DNA of 64,000 nucleotides from an uncultured Bacilli bacterium (GTDB lineage Bacteria; Bacillota_I; Bacilli_A; RF39; UBA660): NCBI GenBank assembly GCA_947626095.1, contig CANQQV010000003.1, positions 1 to 64,000 of the forward strand, read 5' to 3'. Shown piece by piece: positions 60,867 to 64,000 of this stretch (position 1 is its first letter; each line of letters starts with the position of its first letter). The notes under the pieces were generated by a model. It saw only the letters and a program-made list of their open reading frames with translations, ran no database searches and was not told where the DNA came from. The position numbers and the translations under genes were made by a program.

Positions 60867-62786
60867 TTACCTCCTAAAGTCATCTTCTAATGTGAAATCA
60901 ACGTTTTCATTTATCCACTCTTTACGTGGCTCTACTTTATCACCCATTAAAACTGATACTCTCTTTTCTGCTAAAGCTGCATCAGTAATACTTACTTTTA
61001 TTAAACTTCTCGTTGCTGGATTCATTGTTGTTTCATAAAGTTCATCAGCATCCATTTCACCTAGACCTTTAAATCTTTGAACTTTATAAGACTGTTTAAT
61101 CGTCTTTTTCTTTTCTTCTAGTTCTTCATCTGTTGCGACATATTCTTTATATTTACCATAATCTATCGCGTATAATGGTGGATTAGCTATATAAAGCATT
61201 CCTGCTTCAATTAATGGACGCATAAAACGATAGAAGAAAGTTAATAAAAGTATTTGAATATGAGCCCCATCATCATCGGCATCAGTCATAATAATTACTT
61301 TACCATAATTAGATTCCGTCGGATCAAATTCATTGCCAATGCCTGCCCCTATCGCATATGTTAAAGTATTTAATTCTTCGTTATTATGAATGTCATTACT
61401 TGATGCTTTTTCACAGTTTAATACTTTACCTCTTAAAGGTAAGATAGCCTGTGTTTCACGATTACGTCCCGTTTTAGCTGAACCACCAGCTGAATCTCCT
61501 TCGACTAAGAATAATTCAGCTACTTTAGCATCTTTACCTGTCGCTTTCGCTAACTTACCACTTAATATTTTATCTTTCTTTTCTTTACCTTTACCTTGAC
61601 GAGCTGCATCACGTGCCTTACGTGCTGCTTCACGAGCTATCTTACTTCTTGAAGCTTTTTCCACAATCGTCACAGCAATTTCTCTATTTTCTTCTAAGAA
61701 GAACTTCATATTTTCATAAGTAATTTGTTCCGTTACCGTACGGGCTTCCGGTGTTCCTAACTTACCTTTAGTTTGACCTTCAAATTGTAATAAATTTTCT
61801 GGTATCTTAAGATTAATAACGGCACTTAAACCTTCTCTAACATCTGATCCTTCAAAAGAAGCATCTTTACCTTTTAAAATATTATTTTCTTTCGCATAGT
61901 CATTAAAAGCTTTTGTAATACCTGATTTAAAACCTGTTTCATGTGAACCACCATCACTAGTTTTAACATTATTAACAAAGCTTAAAATATTTTCGTTATA
62001 TCCTTCTTGATATTGTAAAGCAATATCTACTTCAATACCTTGTTTAATTCCATTAAAATTAATAACTTTATGTAAAACTGTTTTGCCTTCATTTATATAT
62101 TCTACAAAATTAGTTAAACCTTGTTCATAGTGATATTTAACATTACGATTATTCTCTTCATCTTCTACTTCAATTGTAATACCTGATAGTAAAAACGCAC
62201 TTTCTTGCATTCTTTCCGTTATTGTTGTAAAAGAAAAACTAGTTGCTTTAAATATTTCTGGATCCGGCATAAAAGTTACCGTAGTACCGGTTCTATTAGT
62301 TGTACCAATTTTCTTTAAAGGTTCTTTAACATGTCCCCCATTTTCAAAACTAATACTATGAATAGCACCATCGCGATAAATAACAACTTTCATCCATTTA
62401 GATAATGCATTAACTACTGAAGCCCCAACTCCATGTAAGCCACCAGAAACCTTATAACTACCTTCTTCAAACTTACCACCAGCATGTAAAATCGTATATA
62501 TTACTTCTGGTGTAGTATGCCCACTTTCATGCATTCCTGTAGGTACCCCACGACCATGATCTTCAACTGTTACTGATCCATCTTTATTAATTGTTATCTT
62601 AATATAATCACCATAACCATTAATACTTTCATCAATAGCATTATCAACAATTTCCCAAACCAAATGATGAAGACCTCTCTTATCAGTTGAACCAATATAC
62701 ATACCTGGTCTTTTACGTACTGCATCTAATCCTTCTAATATTTTTATAGATGTTGCATCATAAGATTTATTATTTACTGTTGCCAT
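60867..62786 (-). CDS. parE: DNA topoisomerase IV subunit B
   Basis: VRKRPGMYIGST, EGDSAGGSAK, LPLRGKVLN and MGDKVEPRKEWI, upstream of parC. Confidence 0.93.
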   Translation of the reverse strand: MATVNNKSYDATSIKILEGLDAVRKRPGMYIGSTDKRGLHHLVWEIVDNAIDESINGYGDYIKITINKDGSVTVEDHGRGVPTGMHESGHTTPEVIYTILHAGGKFEEGSYKVSGGLHGVGASVVNALSKWMKVVIYRDGAIHSISFENGGHVKEPLKKIGTTNRTGTTVTFMPDPEIFKATSFSFTTITERMQESAFLLSGITIEVEDEENNRNVKYHYEQGLTNFVEYINEGKTVLHKVINFNGIKQGIEVDIALQYQEGYNENILSFVNNVKTSDGGSHETGFKSGITKAFNDYAKENNILKGKDASFEGSDVREGLSAVINLKIPENLLQFEGQTKGKLGTPEARTVTEQITYENMKFFLEENREIAVTIVEKASRSKIAREAARKARDAARQGKGKEKKDKILSGKLAKATGKDAKVAELFLVEGDSAGGSAKTGRNRETQAILPLRGKVLNCEKASSNDIHNNEELNTLTYAIGAGIGNEFDPTESNYGKVIIMTDADDDGAHIQILLLTFFYRFMRPLIEAGMLYIANPPLYAIDYGKYKEYVATDEELEEKKKTIKQSYKVQRFKGLGEMDADELYETTMNPATRSLIKVSITDAALAEKRVSVLMGDKVEPRKEWINENVDFTLEDDFRR

Positions 62787-62881
62787 ATAATTCACCATAG
62801 TTAGTATAACATAAATTACAATCAAAAAAAAAGAGCTTTGACAGTTTAAAATGTCAACAAAGCCCCTATTTACGGCATTTT

Positions 62882-63568
62882 CTAAAATTCATCATCATCG
62901 ACAAGATGCAATTTATTATCATCTATTTTTACTTCATCATCTTGCTTTTTAGTAGTTACTTCTTCTTTAATAGGTTTATCTATTTTTTTTACTTCTTCAT
63001 GCTTAACTTCTTTAGGTGCAGGTTCTTCATTAATTACTATTGGATCAACTTCATCTTCTATTATTACCGGCGTATCTTCTTTCTTATCTTTAAAGATTTC
63101 TTCTTTTAAAACATCTTTTGTAACAATTTTTTCCTCTTTATCACTATCATCAATATCACTAACTGGTGATATTACTGCTGTATCTTCAATAATATTAATA
63201 TCTAATATTTTAACTGGTTTTGTTGCTTCACTTAAAGTATTATGTTTTGATGTTCTTACTTCAACATCCTGATTTTTTTCAATTTCTTCTTCGAAATTTT
63301 TTCTAAAATCTTCAAGGTTCTTTGTTAAAACAGGCTTTTCAAAAGTAACATCCTCTTTTTCCGTTCGTTCTTTAGTCTCTGGCTCAAAAGTAATATCTTT
63401 AACATCTTCTTCTTTAATCTTTTTAGGCTCACTACTTTTTTTAGCATCTCTTATTCCTAAAATAAGAACTATAACAAATAAAACTACTAAAACAATAATT
63501 GCAATTATTAAAATTGTTGCAAAATTATCATTTTCATATAATTTGTCTATAATACTAAGTAAATTCAT
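62882..63568 (-). CDS. Hypothetical membrane-anchored acidic protein
   Basis: N-terminal TM followed by a Glu/Asp/Lys-rich, probably disordered tail. Confidence 0.7.
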   Translation of the reverse strand: MNLLSIIDKLYENDNFATILIIAIIVLVVLFVIVLILGIRDAKKSSEPKKIKEEDVKDITFEPETKERTEKEDVTFEKPVLTKNLEDFRKNFEEEIEKNQDVEVRTSKHNTLSEATKPVKILDINIIEDTAVISPVSDIDDSDKEEKIVTKDVLKEEIFKDKKEDTPVIIEDEVDPIVINEEPAPKEVKHEEVKKIDKPIKEEVTTKKQDDEVKIDDNKLHLVDDDEF

Positions 63569-63660
63569 ATGACACCTCTTATTATTCTATATATAAGAAT
63601 ACCACAATTATACTCCTTTTGACAACAATATTTCATAAAAAAAACAACTTAATAAAGTTG

Positions 63661-63879
63661 CTATCTATATTTATTCATTTGCTGCATTATTTGTCTTACT
63701 TGCTTTTGACTAGGTTTTCTTCCCATTCCGCTCATCATCGCTTCAATCATCTTTTCATTAATTGGTGGATTTTGCTCAATTTGTTTCTTAAAAACATGAC
63801 GAGCAACAAAAAAGCCAACTACTAATCCAATAACAAGACCAACAACAACTTGTAATATATCTACTAATAGTGGTGCCAT
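63661..63879 (-). CDS. yneF: YneF/UPF0154 family protein
   Basis: GFFVAR...[25 protein letters not shown]. Confidence 0.9.
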   Translation of the reverse strand: MAPLLVDILQVVVGLVIGLVVGFFVARHVFKKQIEQNPPINEKMIEAMMSGMGRKPSQKQVRQIMQQMNKYR

Positions 63880-64000
63880 AATCACCCTCCTTGTATGTTT
63901 ATTTTACTAAATAATCCCTCTTTTAACAATACTAATTACATTTCTTCTAACCAAAAATAGTCTTTATTAACAAAATCACAAACAAATAAGTTATCTTTTT

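Noticed and set aside
3084-63825. Short plus-strand ORFs in the track (3084, 3757, 9169, 27927, 33064, 33102, 33907, 38924, 42851, 45943, 46341, 52313, 52878, 53107, 58346, 61390, 62906, 63619) and minus-strand 49997-50194
   Set aside because: They are antisense or out-of-frame shadows of well-supported genes, with no SD or recognisable motifs.

Overview
A very AT-rich, standard-code Firmicutes (Bacilli) chromosome segment with almost all genes on the minus strand. Gene content and style suggest a gut-associated, genome-reduced lineage such as RF39 (inference). Core genes: queA, uvrC, prs, trkAH, map, mraZ-rsmH-ftsL-pbp, hydrolase-murF-ddl, efp, rpmG (missed by the ORF track), a class B PBP, rarA, nfo, parEC and yneF. 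Accessory genes: a degenerate rnfC/rnfD pair, rubrerythrin, a probable bile-acid 3alpha-HSDH, TspO, LexA-boxed dinD, an M60 mucin protease, a sortase B cluster and two ABC exporters, one with a two-component system. The strongest unexplained signals are: (1) an unannotated 25-aa hydrophobic peptide whose mRNA has three nested 5'-3' pairings, with a convergent structured RNA (type I toxin-antitoxin architecture); a second copy of that RNA lies 2020 nt away as the leader of the two-component operon; (2) a pair of bacterial mTERF-like helical-repeat proteins; (3) a leader-peptide attenuator ahead of an rsgA paralog-phosphotransferase operon, where rsgA may start at AUA; (4) an aberrant SigA-derived sigma factor; (5) a tandem pair of minimal HEXXH gluzincins. 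The left edge is the right end of an ISL3-family element. I recognised no tRNA, rRNA or CRISPR array. Where a Shine-Dalgarno (SD) sequence pointed to a better start codon, I adjusted starts from the ORF track.
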